Part shown: positions 27,401 to 35,038 of the stretch, piece after piece
Layout of the letters: each line of letters begins with the position of its first letter
How positions within the stretch are numbered: position 1 is the first letter of the stretch
Assembly: GCA_965371245.1 (NCBI GenBank)
Contig: CBDUXT010000006.1
Span: 20,118 to 84,117 of the forward strand
Origin: an uncultured bacterium
GTDB lineage: Bacteria; Planctomycetota; Phycisphaerae; UBA1845
Direction: 5' to 3'
Length of the DNA stretch: 64,000 nucleotides
Made by a program: the position numbers and the translations under genes
The notes under the pieces: model-generated
What the model was told of the DNA's origin: nothing
The model's database searches: none
The model's input: the letters and a program-made list of their open reading frames with translations, nothing else

Positions 27401-28663
27401 GGTCCGATTGCACGTGGTCGAAACCTGACGCGGGAGCTGAACTGCGTCGGCTGCCACGAGATCGAGGACAACGCCCCGACGATCCAGCAGTACTACCGCC
27501 GAACGGTCGGGGGCGAACTGACCTTCGATTCACTCAACGCGCCGCCGCTTTTGTGGGGGGAAGGGGCCAAGGTGCAGCACAACTGGCTGCACGGGTTCTT
27601 CCAAAACGTCGAGCCGCTCAGGCCGTGGCTTCAGGCGCGGATGCCCACGTTCAACCTGACAGGCGAGGAAGCCACCACCCTGGTGGAATATTTCGCCGCG
27701 CTGAGCCGGAAGGACGCGCAGGTGTTACACGCGGCCCGCGCGCCGATCCGTGAGTACATCGATGAGCAGAAGGACAGGGTCACGGACGAAGACGCCAAGG
27801 CCTCGGCCGGCGACGACTGGTATCAACAGGAGCGGGTCGAGCGGAGAACCGACGTGTTGCGGCGCTGGGTCGTCGATCGAAAGCTGACACGGGCTCGCTC
27901 GCTGGACCCACTTCGTACGCCGGCGGACCGAGTGCGCCAGGCTCATGCCGGCGTGCTCGAACGTGTCGATTTCATGGCGGATCTCTATGACGTGGCCTAC
28001 CCGTTTGTCGAGCCGCCCAAGCCGCTGTCATCCCCGGAGGTGTTCGATCGTGGGAGGAGCCTGTTCAACGACATGGGTTGCCTCCAGTGCCACGTGCTTG
28101 GAAACATGCTTCCCGGGCCGGCGAAGAACACGGATGACTTCGTGCAGATGTACCGCCTGGACGGCGTGCGCGGCGAGGGGGACAAGGCCATCGCTTTGAT
28201 TAACGAAACCCCCTACGCGGTCGGCTCGGTGATTGACGGGCACACACTGATCAGCGCCGCCAATGTGTATTCCGACACCGGCGACGTGGACACGTCGGCC
28301 ATCTTCGAGGGTCCCAGTGCGGCCGGGGAGACGGAGAGAATCCGCCTCCAGCCGCCCAGCGCCCCGAACCTGTCCCTGACCTATCAGCGGCTGCGTCGGG
28401 CGTGGGTGTATGCGTGGATGCTTCAACCAATGTGGATTCAGCCCGGCACCAGAATGCCCCAGAACTTCCCCGACGGGGTCAGCCCGTTCGAGGGCGACCC
28501 GAACTACCCCGGAAACGGCCTCGACCACATCAATCTGTTGGTCGATTTTCTCTATCATGCCGGGGCGACCGGGGCTCGATCGCCGCTGACCAAGCTGATG
28601 GCGGGTGATGAGGACGAAGAATTCGACGAGGACTTTGACGAAGATTTCGACGACGGCGATTGA
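24446..28663 (+). CDS. Membrane-anchored octahaem c-type cytochrome
   Basis: 1405 aa. N-terminal TM WFAISSLLMTASIFWMIWIDY, then a ~200-aa charged helical region. Eight CXXCH motifs (CTTCH, CTVCH, CAKCH, CINCH, CLGCH, CYACH, CVGCH, CLQCH). C-terminal acidic tail DEDEEFDEDFDEDFDDGD. Confidence 0.85.
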   Translation: MDVGFMPIPEDKLRKPETLHRWFAISSLLMTASIFWMIWIDYDRPWRAFQDDYATGKAVLAHLDYLDATRQERIQEIDEARQGLADARDLAAQTTGVQRAKLVADLSEADLRFRKFDGEWSRKSQVHDVSRDTYEKIVGEHGPDAAETIHAREELQVEEAEVERVLKIKEGWGDKKERFEAELKLLDASVSTAAKRLTELEDVAADALKEDMSYRGVLYNDGLLGGLAIVSTIINLPLLDFTAPNATPARHQVKQLVLPDVRQRLNYLESYTTDRCTTCHIAIDDPEFSKDRLAKRLERALSAINEAMQRLAHEPFPIPVPPVAAATGQPLPAGHVTDHWAELTDEQQDAYFERLLGMVNSYLELSGRKTIDLGQPLLAHPDLGLFLSVDSPHPMARMGCTVCHEGNPQETDFVQAAHSPATHEIREAWEKEYYIRLMGVPNVTFETIEHYWDRPMLLPQYTEAGCAKCHSEISDIQQYDGERKGSRINLGRHLFATVGCINCHKEDSLEGAPRVGPDLRQLAVKLTPGFVQKWAYYPQKFRPSTRMPHFFEQENSGPQSANSFDTEPVRRTETEVAAITKYLFAVSGEWTPIEKPADVKGDVERGRQLFTSMGCLGCHANITEYGEAWITADLAHREGIDEETATHRYKGMTYEQRMRYAMDHFGNERETFLQPDLARFDPDASYNTPTLTSFGPEVSGLGSKVNEAWLYSWLIEPTHYSPDTKMPNMRLTPAEAADLTAYLLTLKNDDFEQGEFELDEARQRKADELVFILLSAQRSAGRSRAIMKDEGGELSDMLISLLKSSREINEEQATQLIDPMSLLDKKLMYLGNKMISHYGCYACHEIPGFETTTPPGTDMSAWAEKPVGQLDFAFYDHAFEHLREEKPDVFGYLYPLDATELNARSPMDDRAREQVSGTHAAFAKHKMLNPRIWDREKIKRPYDKLKMPNFYFTEEEAEALTAFLLSRIPPRVNDVLKIDYEGTALGPIARGRNLTRELNCVGCHEIEDNAPTIQQYYRRTVGGELTFDSLNAPPLLWGEGAKVQHNWLHGFFQNVEPLRPWLQARMPTFNLTGEEATTLVEYFAALSRKDAQVLHAARAPIREYIDEQKDRVTDEDAKASAGDDWYQQERVERRTDVLRRWVVDRKLTRARSLDPLRTPADRVRQAHAGVLERVDFMADLYDVAYPFVEPPKPLSSPEVFDRGRSLFNDMGCLQCHVLGNMLPGPAKNTDDFVQMYRLDGVRGEGDKAIALINETPYAVGSVIDGHTLISAANVYSDTGDVDTSAIFEGPSAAGETERIRLQPPSAPNLSLTYQRLRRAWVYAWMLQPMWIQPGTRMPQNFPDGVSPFEGDPNYPGNGLDHINLLVDFLYHAGATGARSPLTKLMAGDEDEEFDEDFDEDFDDGD

Positions 28664-28751
28664 TGCCCATGGCCGCGGGGCGCGTGGTCCCGAACCGGCC
28701 TGATCGATCCCGCTTCCAATTTCTCAGTGGACCCTTTTTGGGAGTCTTGTC

Positions 28752-29486
28752 ATGTTACGTAGCAAACTGTTGGTGTCGGCGCTGGCTGCCGGCTGTCTGT
28801 TCGCCTTTGCGGGGCCTGCGGCCGCGCAGGACAGCGGCATAATCAAGGGCAAAGCGATCTTCAAGGGCAACGCCGGCAATTTCAAACGCAAGAGGATCAA
28901 CACCGGCAAGGATCCCAACTGCAAGAAGGCCAAGCCCAAGGGCATCGGGACGGACACCATCATCATCAACAAAAAGACAACGCCGATGACGCTCCGCAAC
29001 GTCATGGTCTACGTCAAAGAGGGCCTGGGCGACCGCAAGTTCGAGGCTCCCACCACGCCCTTCATTCTCGACCAGGTCGGCTGTCAGTACGTCCCGCACG
29101 TGATCGCGATCATGGACGGTCAGCCCCTCCGTGTCCGCAACAGTGATCCGACCAACCACAACATTCACCTGCTTCCGAGGATCAACGCCGAGATGAACTT
29201 TTCACAGCCGAAACAGGGCATGAAACGAGACCTGACGCTCGTCAAGGAGGGCGTGTTCAAGGCCAAGTGCGACGTTCACCCCTGGATGGGGTGCTTCATC
29301 AAGGTGTTCGACCACCCGTTCCACGCCGTCACGGACAAGACCGGTACGTTCGAGATTACCGGGCTACCGCCGGGCAAGTATGTCGTTGAGGCCTGGCACG
29401 AGAAGTTCGGAATACAGACCATGACCATCGAGGTGGCCTCCGGTGACACGAAGGAGGCGGACTTCACCTTCGAGCCGGGCAAGTAA
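28752..29486 (+). CDS. Secreted blue-copper (cupredoxin) protein with C-terminal carboxypeptidase-regulatory-like domain
   Basis: 244 aa. Signal peptide MLRSKLLVSALAAGCLFAFAGPAAA. Lys-rich segment follows. Type-1 Cu ligand pattern NHNIH ... CDVHPWM (C-x2-H-x2-M). C-terminal beta-sandwich motif TGTFEITGLPPGKYVVEAWHE. Confidence 0.7.
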   Translation: MLRSKLLVSALAAGCLFAFAGPAAAQDSGIIKGKAIFKGNAGNFKRKRINTGKDPNCKKAKPKGIGTDTIIINKKTTPMTLRNVMVYVKEGLGDRKFEAPTTPFILDQVGCQYVPHVIAIMDGQPLRVRNSDPTNHNIHLLPRINAEMNFSQPKQGMKRDLTLVKEGVFKAKCDVHPWMGCFIKVFDHPFHAVTDKTGTFEITGLPPGKYVVEAWHEKFGIQTMTIEVASGDTKEADFTFEPGK

Positions 29487-29579
29487 GCATCGGCGATGGA
29501 TAGTTTTCAGAGCACCGGGCGCGAGCCCGGTGACATGATGACCTAGTGTATGGTCAACCTTGAATCTGCGGGTTTGCTC

Positions 29580-29665
29580 GGTGGGTGGCCCACTCTTTAG
29601 AGGTGGGGGACTCGAATGGGCTCCGGATTCGCGTCCCCCACGGCTAAAGCCACGGGCCACCCAAC
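29580..29665. repeat. Family 2 palindromic repeat pair (copy 1)
   Basis: Left arm GGTGGGTGGCCCACTCTTTAGAGGTGGGGGACTCGAAT (29580-29617) is the imperfect reverse complement of right arm GGATTCGCGTCCCCCACGGCTAAAGCCACGGGCCACCCAAC (29625-29665). The same architecture occurs at 63487-63586. Confidence 0.85.
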
Positions 29666-29693
29666 CCGCGAGTCTACGCGTGACGATGCACTA

Positions 29694-29765
29694 GGGGACC
29701 GCAGGCTGGCGCCAGCGGCTCTGACTCATCGTCCCCGTTGGGCCGGAAGTGTCACGGACCCGGTT
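29694..29765 (-). repeat. Family 1 repeat, copy D
   Basis: Reverse complement reads GTCCGTGACACTTCCGGCCCAACGGGGACGATGAGTCAGAGCCGCTGGCGCCAGCCTGCGGTCCCC, near-identical in layout to 7252-7315. Confidence 0.8.
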
Positions 29766-29898
29766 GGTAAAGATCGGACGACAGGCGGTTGCGTCCTTGG
29801 GCCGATACGTGTAAAAAGCCATGCGTCACGGCGGGTGATGATTCGCGCGGTTCGGCGCCCGCCGGTGGGCCAGCTATACCTGACAGGAGATCGGTTCG

Positions 29899-30783
29899 AT
29901 GAGAAGCCGTTCGGCAACGGCCATCGTGGGTGTCATGTTCGTCATGATCGGGTTGGCCGTCGCGTCGCCGGCGCTCGCCCAGACAACGACAACGGCCCCC
30001 GCGTTCGACGTGAAAATCGACGGCGACTACGGCTGGCATCTGCCGCCGGACGTCTCCGAGCATGGCCACGGCGTGGACCTGCTCATCAACACGCTCCACC
30101 TCTTCATGATTGCTCTGTTCGTTGCCTGGGGCATCTTCATGCTCCATTGCCTGGTGAAGTTCCGGCAACGGCCGGGACACAAGGCCAACGCCGATCCGAT
30201 CAAGGCGAAGGCTTCCAAGTACGCCGAGGTGGGCGTGGCAGTGTTCGAGGCGTTCCTGCTCATCGGTCTGTCCATGCCCGTCTGGGCGAGCGTGAAGAAC
30301 GAGATTCCGATGGATGATCCGGATGCGATCCACATCCGGGTGGTGGCCGAGCAGTTTCAGTGGAATTTCCACTACCCCGGAGCCGACGGCGTGTTCGGTC
30401 GAACGGCGCCCGAGCACATCGACGCCGTGAACCCCGTGGGGATCGACCCGAGCGACCCGAACGGCGCGGACGATGTGCAGAGCCCGGAGCTACACTTCCC
30501 GAAGGAAAAACCAGTAGTTTGCTACGTCACGTCCAAGGACGTGATCCACAGCTTTGCCCTTCCCGTGATGCGGGTGAAACAGGACGTCATCCCCGGTATG
30601 CGCATCCCGATTGGATTCAAGGCGACGCAGGCGGGCAACTACGAGGTTGCCTGTGCCCAGCTTTGCGGAAACAACCACTATTCAATGCGTGCCTTGATGG
30701 CCATCCACGAGACAGAGGAAGAGTTCGTTGCGTGGCTGGATACGCAGAAGGTGGAAGACTTTGACGAAGACGACTTCGATTAG
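29899..30783 (+). CDS. ctaC: Cytochrome c oxidase subunit II (CuA, no haem c domain)
   Basis: 294 aa. AGGAGA RBS. Signal peptide plus 2 TM. CuA motif HSFALP...CAQLCGNNHYSM. Acidic C-terminus VEDFDEDDFD. Confidence 0.9.
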   Translation: MRSRSATAIVGVMFVMIGLAVASPALAQTTTTAPAFDVKIDGDYGWHLPPDVSEHGHGVDLLINTLHLFMIALFVAWGIFMLHCLVKFRQRPGHKANADPIKAKASKYAEVGVAVFEAFLLIGLSMPVWASVKNEIPMDDPDAIHIRVVAEQFQWNFHYPGADGVFGRTAPEHIDAVNPVGIDPSDPNGADDVQSPELHFPKEKPVVCYVTSKDVIHSFALPVMRVKQDVIPGMRIPIGFKATQAGNYEVACAQLCGNNHYSMRALMAIHETEEEFVAWLDTQKVEDFDEDDFD

Positions 30784-30795
30784 GACCGACGCCCC

Positions 30796-32598
30796 ATGAG
30801 CACCGAACACCATCACGAACAGCCCGGCTTCATCCGTCGGTGGGTGTTCTCGACCGACCACAAGGTCATCGGGATTCAATACACCGTCACCGCGCTGTGC
30901 TTTCTGTTCTTCGGCTTCTGCCTCATGATGATGATGCGGTGGCAGCTAGCGAACCCGCTGGAGGAGATGCCCGTGATCCCGGGCCTCTTGGCCGCGATCC
31001 TGGGTCAGGAGTGGGCGGAAATCTACATGCCCGGCGGCGTCATGACGCCGGACTTTTACAACTCGCTTGGGGCGATGCACGGGACGATCATGATCTTCCT
31101 CGGCGTCGTGCCCATCGTCGTCGGCGGATTCGGCAACTTCGTGATGCCGCTTCAGATCGGCGCCCCCGACATGTCCTTCCCCAAGATCAACATGGTGAGC
31201 TACTGGGTCTACTTCGTCGGCGGCGTCATCATGCTGGTCAGCTTCTTCACGCCAGGTGGGGCGGCCAACTCCGGCTGGACCTCCTATCCGCCGCTTGCCG
31301 ACATCGCCCAGCCTGCGGATCCGACGCTGCCTTTCTTCTTCACCGGGCAGACCATGTGGCTCGTGGGCATGGTGTGTCTGATTACCTCGTCGCTCCTGGG
31401 TTCGATCAACTTCATCGTGACGATCCTGCAACTCCGTGCCAACGGGTTGACAATGTTCCGCCTGCCGTTTTTCGTGTGGGCCCAGTTCGTCACCGCCTTT
31501 CTCTTGCTGCTGGCGTTCCCGCCGCTCGAGGCCGCCGGCATCTTGCAGCTTATGGACCGCCTGGTCGGCACGAGCTTCTTTTTGCCCGAGGGACTCGTGG
31601 TCAGCGGTCAGATCGCGACCGTGCAACAGGGCGTCGTGGCCGGCGGCGGCAGTCCGCTTCTCTGGCAACACCTGTTCTGGTTCCTTGCCCACCCGGAGGT
31701 CTACGTCCTGATCCTGCCGGGCATGGGGATCATCGCGGAGATCGTGGCCAACAACACCCGAAAGCCGCTCTGGGGCTATCGGGCGATGGTTTACTCGACC
31801 GTCTTTTTGGGTTTCATGTCGTTCGTGGTTTGGGCCCACCACATGTTCATGACGGGCATGGGCACTACCATCAGCGCGTTTTTCGCCACGACGACCATGA
31901 TCATCTCGATCCCCTCGGTCGTGATTCTGACGGCGCTGGTCATCAGCCTGTACAACGGGGCCATCCGCTTCAATGTTCCGATGCTGTTCGCCCTGGCGTG
32001 GATGCCGATGTTCGCGATCGGCGGGCTGACCGGTCTTCCCCTGGGGCTTCCGGTCTCCGACATCGCGCTGCACGACACCTACTACGTGATCGGACACTTT
32101 CATTACGTGGTCGCGCCGGGGACGATCTTCGCCATCTTCGCGGGCATCTACTTCTGGTTTCCCAAGGTCACCGGACGAACGATGAACGAGACGCTCGGGA
32201 AGATTCACTTCTACCTGTCGTTCATCTTCATCAACGTGCTGTTCATGCCCATGTTCTTTCAAGGACTGGGCGGCATGCTGCGCCGTGGGTATGACCCCAC
32301 CTCGTATGAATTCAACGCGCCGCTGATGAGCCTGGTGACAACGGCATCATGGGGTGCGTGGCTTCTGGGGCTGGCTCAGATTCCCTTCATCATCAACTTC
32401 CTTATTAGCATCCTGGCCGGCAAGAAGGCTGCGGAAAACCCGTGGGAGGCGACCACCCTCGAGTGGTTGGCTCCTTCGCCGCCGCCGCATGGCAACTTCG
32501 CGTCCGTGCCGGTCGTGTACCGTGACCCCTATGTCTACAGCGTTCCCGGGATGAGCAAGGATTTCTTCCCGCAACACGCAGCTTCAGCGGAGGCCTAA
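30796..32598 (+). CDS. ctaD: Cytochrome c oxidase subunit I
   Basis: 600 aa. Motifs GAMHGTIMIFLGVVP, WFLAHPEVYVLILPGMG, VWAHHMFMTGM and HDTYYVIGHFHYV. Confidence 0.95.
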   Translation: MSTEHHHEQPGFIRRWVFSTDHKVIGIQYTVTALCFLFFGFCLMMMMRWQLANPLEEMPVIPGLLAAILGQEWAEIYMPGGVMTPDFYNSLGAMHGTIMIFLGVVPIVVGGFGNFVMPLQIGAPDMSFPKINMVSYWVYFVGGVIMLVSFFTPGGAANSGWTSYPPLADIAQPADPTLPFFFTGQTMWLVGMVCLITSSLLGSINFIVTILQLRANGLTMFRLPFFVWAQFVTAFLLLLAFPPLEAAGILQLMDRLVGTSFFLPEGLVVSGQIATVQQGVVAGGGSPLLWQHLFWFLAHPEVYVLILPGMGIIAEIVANNTRKPLWGYRAMVYSTVFLGFMSFVVWAHHMFMTGMGTTISAFFATTTMIISIPSVVILTALVISLYNGAIRFNVPMLFALAWMPMFAIGGLTGLPLGLPVSDIALHDTYYVIGHFHYVVAPGTIFAIFAGIYFWFPKVTGRTMNETLGKIHFYLSFIFINVLFMPMFFQGLGGMLRRGYDPTSYEFNAPLMSLVTTASWGAWLLGLAQIPFIINFLISILAGKKAAENPWEATTLEWLAPSPPPHGNFASVPVVYRDPYVYSVPGMSKDFFPQHAASAEA

Positions 32599-32602
32599 CC
32601 AA

Positions 32603-33229
32603 GTGTCAGCAGAGGTTCTTCCCTACACCGTCAAACCCCACCCCGTCACCGGGGTCTACAGCGGCAAGCTGGGCACGTGGCTCTTCCTGGCTTCAGAGGT
32701 CATGCTCTTCGGGGCGATGTTTTCCACGTACCTGCTTCTCCGCGTCGGAGCGCCGGTCGAAGGGCATGCGGCCTGGCCGGTTGACAACGCGGCCACTCAT
32801 CTGAGTTGGAAGATCGGCGGCATCAACACGCTCGTGCTGATTCTCTCCAGCGTCACGATGGTCATGGCGTGGGTGTCGCTCAAGATGAACGACCTGGGCA
32901 AAGGGCGGATGTACCTGGGCATTACACTCGGGCTGGCACTGCTGTTCCTCGTGCTCAAGATCTCGTTGGAGTATATCCCCCACTGGCAGGATGGGTACAC
33001 GACGCGATACAACAATTTTTACGCCCTCTACTACACGATGACCGGCCTGCACGGGCTGCACATCCTGGCCGGGATTGTCGTCATCGGTTATTTCATCGGC
33101 CCCGGGGCCGGGCTATGGAAGACGAACCCGGAGTACTACACCAACCGTATCGAGTGTACCGGCTTGTACTGGCACTTTGTCGATCTCGTATGGATTTTTC
33201 TTTTCCCGACGCTCTATCTGATGAACTAG
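32603..33229 (+). CDS. ctaE: Cytochrome c oxidase subunit III
   Basis: 208 aa, GTG start. Motifs GTWLFLASEVMLFGAMF, YYTMTGLHGLHILAG and LYWHFVDLVWIFLFP. Confidence 0.9.
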   Translation: MSAEVLPYTVKPHPVTGVYSGKLGTWLFLASEVMLFGAMFSTYLLLRVGAPVEGHAAWPVDNAATHLSWKIGGINTLVLILSSVTMVMAWVSLKMNDLGKGRMYLGITLGLALLFLVLKISLEYIPHWQDGYTTRYNNFYALYYTMTGLHGLHILAGIVVIGYFIGPGAGLWKTNPEYYTNRIECTGLYWHFVDLVWIFLFPTLYLMN

Positions 33230-33238
33230 GAGTCCGTG

Positions 33239-33565
33239 ATGGGTGATGCGCACGGAGATGTCAGCGGACACGTCAAGACCTACATGCTTGTGTTTGCGGC
33301 GCTTTTCGCGGGAACCCTGCTCACCGTGTTCGCTTCGACGGTGGACATGGGGAAGTCCGTCAACATGCTGGTGGCCGTCGGCATCGCGGTGGTCAAGGCC
33401 TCCCTGGTCGCGGCCATCTTCATGCACCTGAAGTGGGAAAAATCGATCTCGATCTGGTGGCCGCTGGCGTTGTGCGCGTTCTTCTTCGCCGTCTTGATGT
33501 TGGTGCCGCTCCTGGTGTCACTGGACATGACGCCGAACACCGTCATGCGAACGTGGGGCTCCTGA
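33239..33565 (+). CDS. Cytochrome c oxidase subunit IV (prokaryotic COX4 family)
   Basis: AGGAG lies 6 nt upstream of ATG 33239. HVKTYMLVFAALFAGTLLTV...VVKASLVAAIFMHLKWEK is typical of the family. Confidence 0.8.
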   Translation: MGDAHGDVSGHVKTYMLVFAALFAGTLLTVFASTVDMGKSVNMLVAVGIAVVKASLVAAIFMHLKWEKSISIWWPLALCAFFFAVLMLVPLLVSLDMTPNTVMRTWGS

Positions 33566-33607
33566 CATGGCTCATACCCCGCTTGAAGCATCACAGGATC
33601 CCAAGCC

Positions 33608-33814
33608 ATGTCGTTGAAGGCCTTCCACATCTTCTTTGTCTTCGTCTCCACGCTGCTGGCTGTGGGGTTCGGCGCGTGGGGAATCCGAGAGTACACCGTC
33701 ACCGGGCAGGCAGACACGCTGATCGCCGGGATCGGATCGCTTGTCGGCGCGGTCGTCCTCGTGATATACGGCGTCTGGTTCCTCAAGAAGCTACGAGGGG
33801 TGAGCTACCTATGA
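33608..33814 (+). CDS. Small two-TM membrane protein in the oxidase operon
   Basis: 68 aa. Two hydrophobic helices (FHIFFVFVSTLLAVGFGAW, LIAGIGSLVGAVVLVIYGVWF). Its stop overlaps the next start (ATGA 33811-33814). Confidence 0.5.
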   Translation: MSLKAFHIFFVFVSTLLAVGFGAWGIREYTVTGQADTLIAGIGSLVGAVVLVIYGVWFLKKLRGVSYL

Positions 33815-34086
33815 CAGCGCTTGCCCGGCGATGTTGCGTTCGGCTATCTGTCATCGGCGCTGCGCTTTTGGCGCAGGCGACCCGCGTCGAGGCGTGTGCG
33901 GTTTGCTTCGGCGACCCCGACTCGCCGATGGCCAAGGGCGTTGTGGCCGGTGTGATTGTGCTGGTCGGCGTGGTGAGCGTTGTTCTTCTGGGGTTTGCGG
34001 GCACGGGGCTGTTCTGGGCGCATCGAAGTCGCCGCCTGGCTGCCGGCGATCCCGAAACAACGGCCGAGGACGGTTTCTCCGACTGA
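33811..34086 (+). CDS. Small exported CxxC protein with C-terminal TM anchor
   Basis: 91 aa read from the frame of track ORF 33433-34086. Signal-like LSVIGAALLAQATRVEA, then CAVCFGDPDSPMAKG, then TM VVAGVIVLVGVVSVVLLGFAG. Translationally coupled on its upstream side. Confidence 0.5.
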   Translation: MTALARRCCVRLSVIGAALLAQATRVEACAVCFGDPDSPMAKGVVAGVIVLVGVVSVVLLGFAGTGLFWAHRSRRLAAGDPETTAEDGFSD

Positions 34087-34090
34087 CGCC

Positions 34091-35038
34091 ATGCCCGTGT
34101 CCTCACTGAGCCCAATAGCCCCAGCGAACACCTATCGACGGGGTCTTCACCGACTTGCCCTCTTGACCGCCTGTGCCGTCTTTCCGCTCATCTTCGTGGG
34201 GCAGGGTGTCACCAGCAAAGAGGCGGGGATGGCCTTCCCTGATTGGCCGACATCGGACGGCTACTTCGTCAATCCGCCCGGTTGGTTCGGGCAGGAGCAT
34301 ACCCGTTGGGAGCATGGTCACCGGCTGATCGGCTGGACCGTTGGCATGCTGGCGATCGCCACGGCTGCGGCTGCGTGGTCCAGCGGTGGCGTCGTTCGGA
34401 CGATCGCGATTCTCACCCTCTTCGCCATAGGCATCCAGGGTGTTCTTGGCGGCATCCGCGTGAACGAGATCTCCACGGCGTTTGCCATGATCCACGGCAT
34501 TTTGGGACAGGTGTGCCTCTCGTTGGCGGCGACGACCGCCCTGATCACATCGCGCGTGTGGGTCGAGTGCCGCCGGCCCGATCCGATTCGAGCGGCCGCC
34601 TTCTTGCGCAAGCTTTGCGCGGCCGGAACCGTGGCCGTCTTTGTGCAGCTTCTGTTGGGGGCAGGGCAGCGTCATTTCGCCTGCACTTACTCATTGGTCT
34701 TTCACGTTCTCTGGGCGATTGTCGTGGCCTTCGTACTGGGCTGGATCGCACTCTGGTTGATGGGGCACCAAGGCGGAAGGCACCTGCTTTCCCGGCTGGG
34801 ATGCGTAATCGCGGCGTTGACGGCCGTGCAGCTTCTTCTCGGCGGGCTGACCTTCGTGGTCACGGCGATGGTCTCGGCGGCGTTCTCTCCGCTTGTCGAG
34901 TGGCTCGTCCCGACGATCCATTCGGCGGTCGGGGCACTGATGCTGGCCTGCATGGTGTTGACGACGGCCTGCGCACACCGGATGGTGAGACCGGAACTTG
35001 AGCTGGATGGGATGGAGGCGGCATTGCCGGCGGTGTGA
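34091..35038 (+). CDS. ctaA: Haem A synthase (COX15/CtaA)
   Basis: Start at MPVSSLSPIA (ATG 34091). Motifs GQGVTSKEAGMAFPDWPTS and WEHGHRLIGW, with 8 predicted TM. Confidence 0.85.
   Translation: MPVSSLSPIAPANTYRRGLHRLALLTACAVFPLIFVGQGVTSKEAGMAFPDWPTSDGYFVNPPGWFGQEHTRWEHGHRLIGWTVGMLAIATAAAAWSSGGVVRTIAILTLFAIGIQGVLGGIRVNEISTAFAMIHGILGQVCLSLAATTALITSRVWVECRRPDPIRAAAFLRKLCAAGTVAVFVQLLLGAGQRHFACTYSLVFHVLWAIVVAFVLGWIALWLMGHQGGRHLLSRLGCVIAALTAVQLLLGGLTFVVTAMVSAAFSPLVEWLVPTIHSAVGALMLACMVLTTACAHRMVRPELELDGMEAALPAV

Noticed and set aside
24482-27457. Long antisense ORFs (367 aa and 482 aa) opposite the octahaem cytochrome gene
   Set aside because: The plus-strand frame carries eight CXXCH motifs. 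The antisense ORFs have shadow composition.
30840-32294. 484-aa alternative-frame ORF and 438-aa antisense ORF (30946-32262) inside ctaD
   Set aside because: ctaD in the listed 600-aa frame has all canonical haem-copper oxidase motifs. The others are Arg/His/Asp/Gly-rich out-of-frame artefacts.
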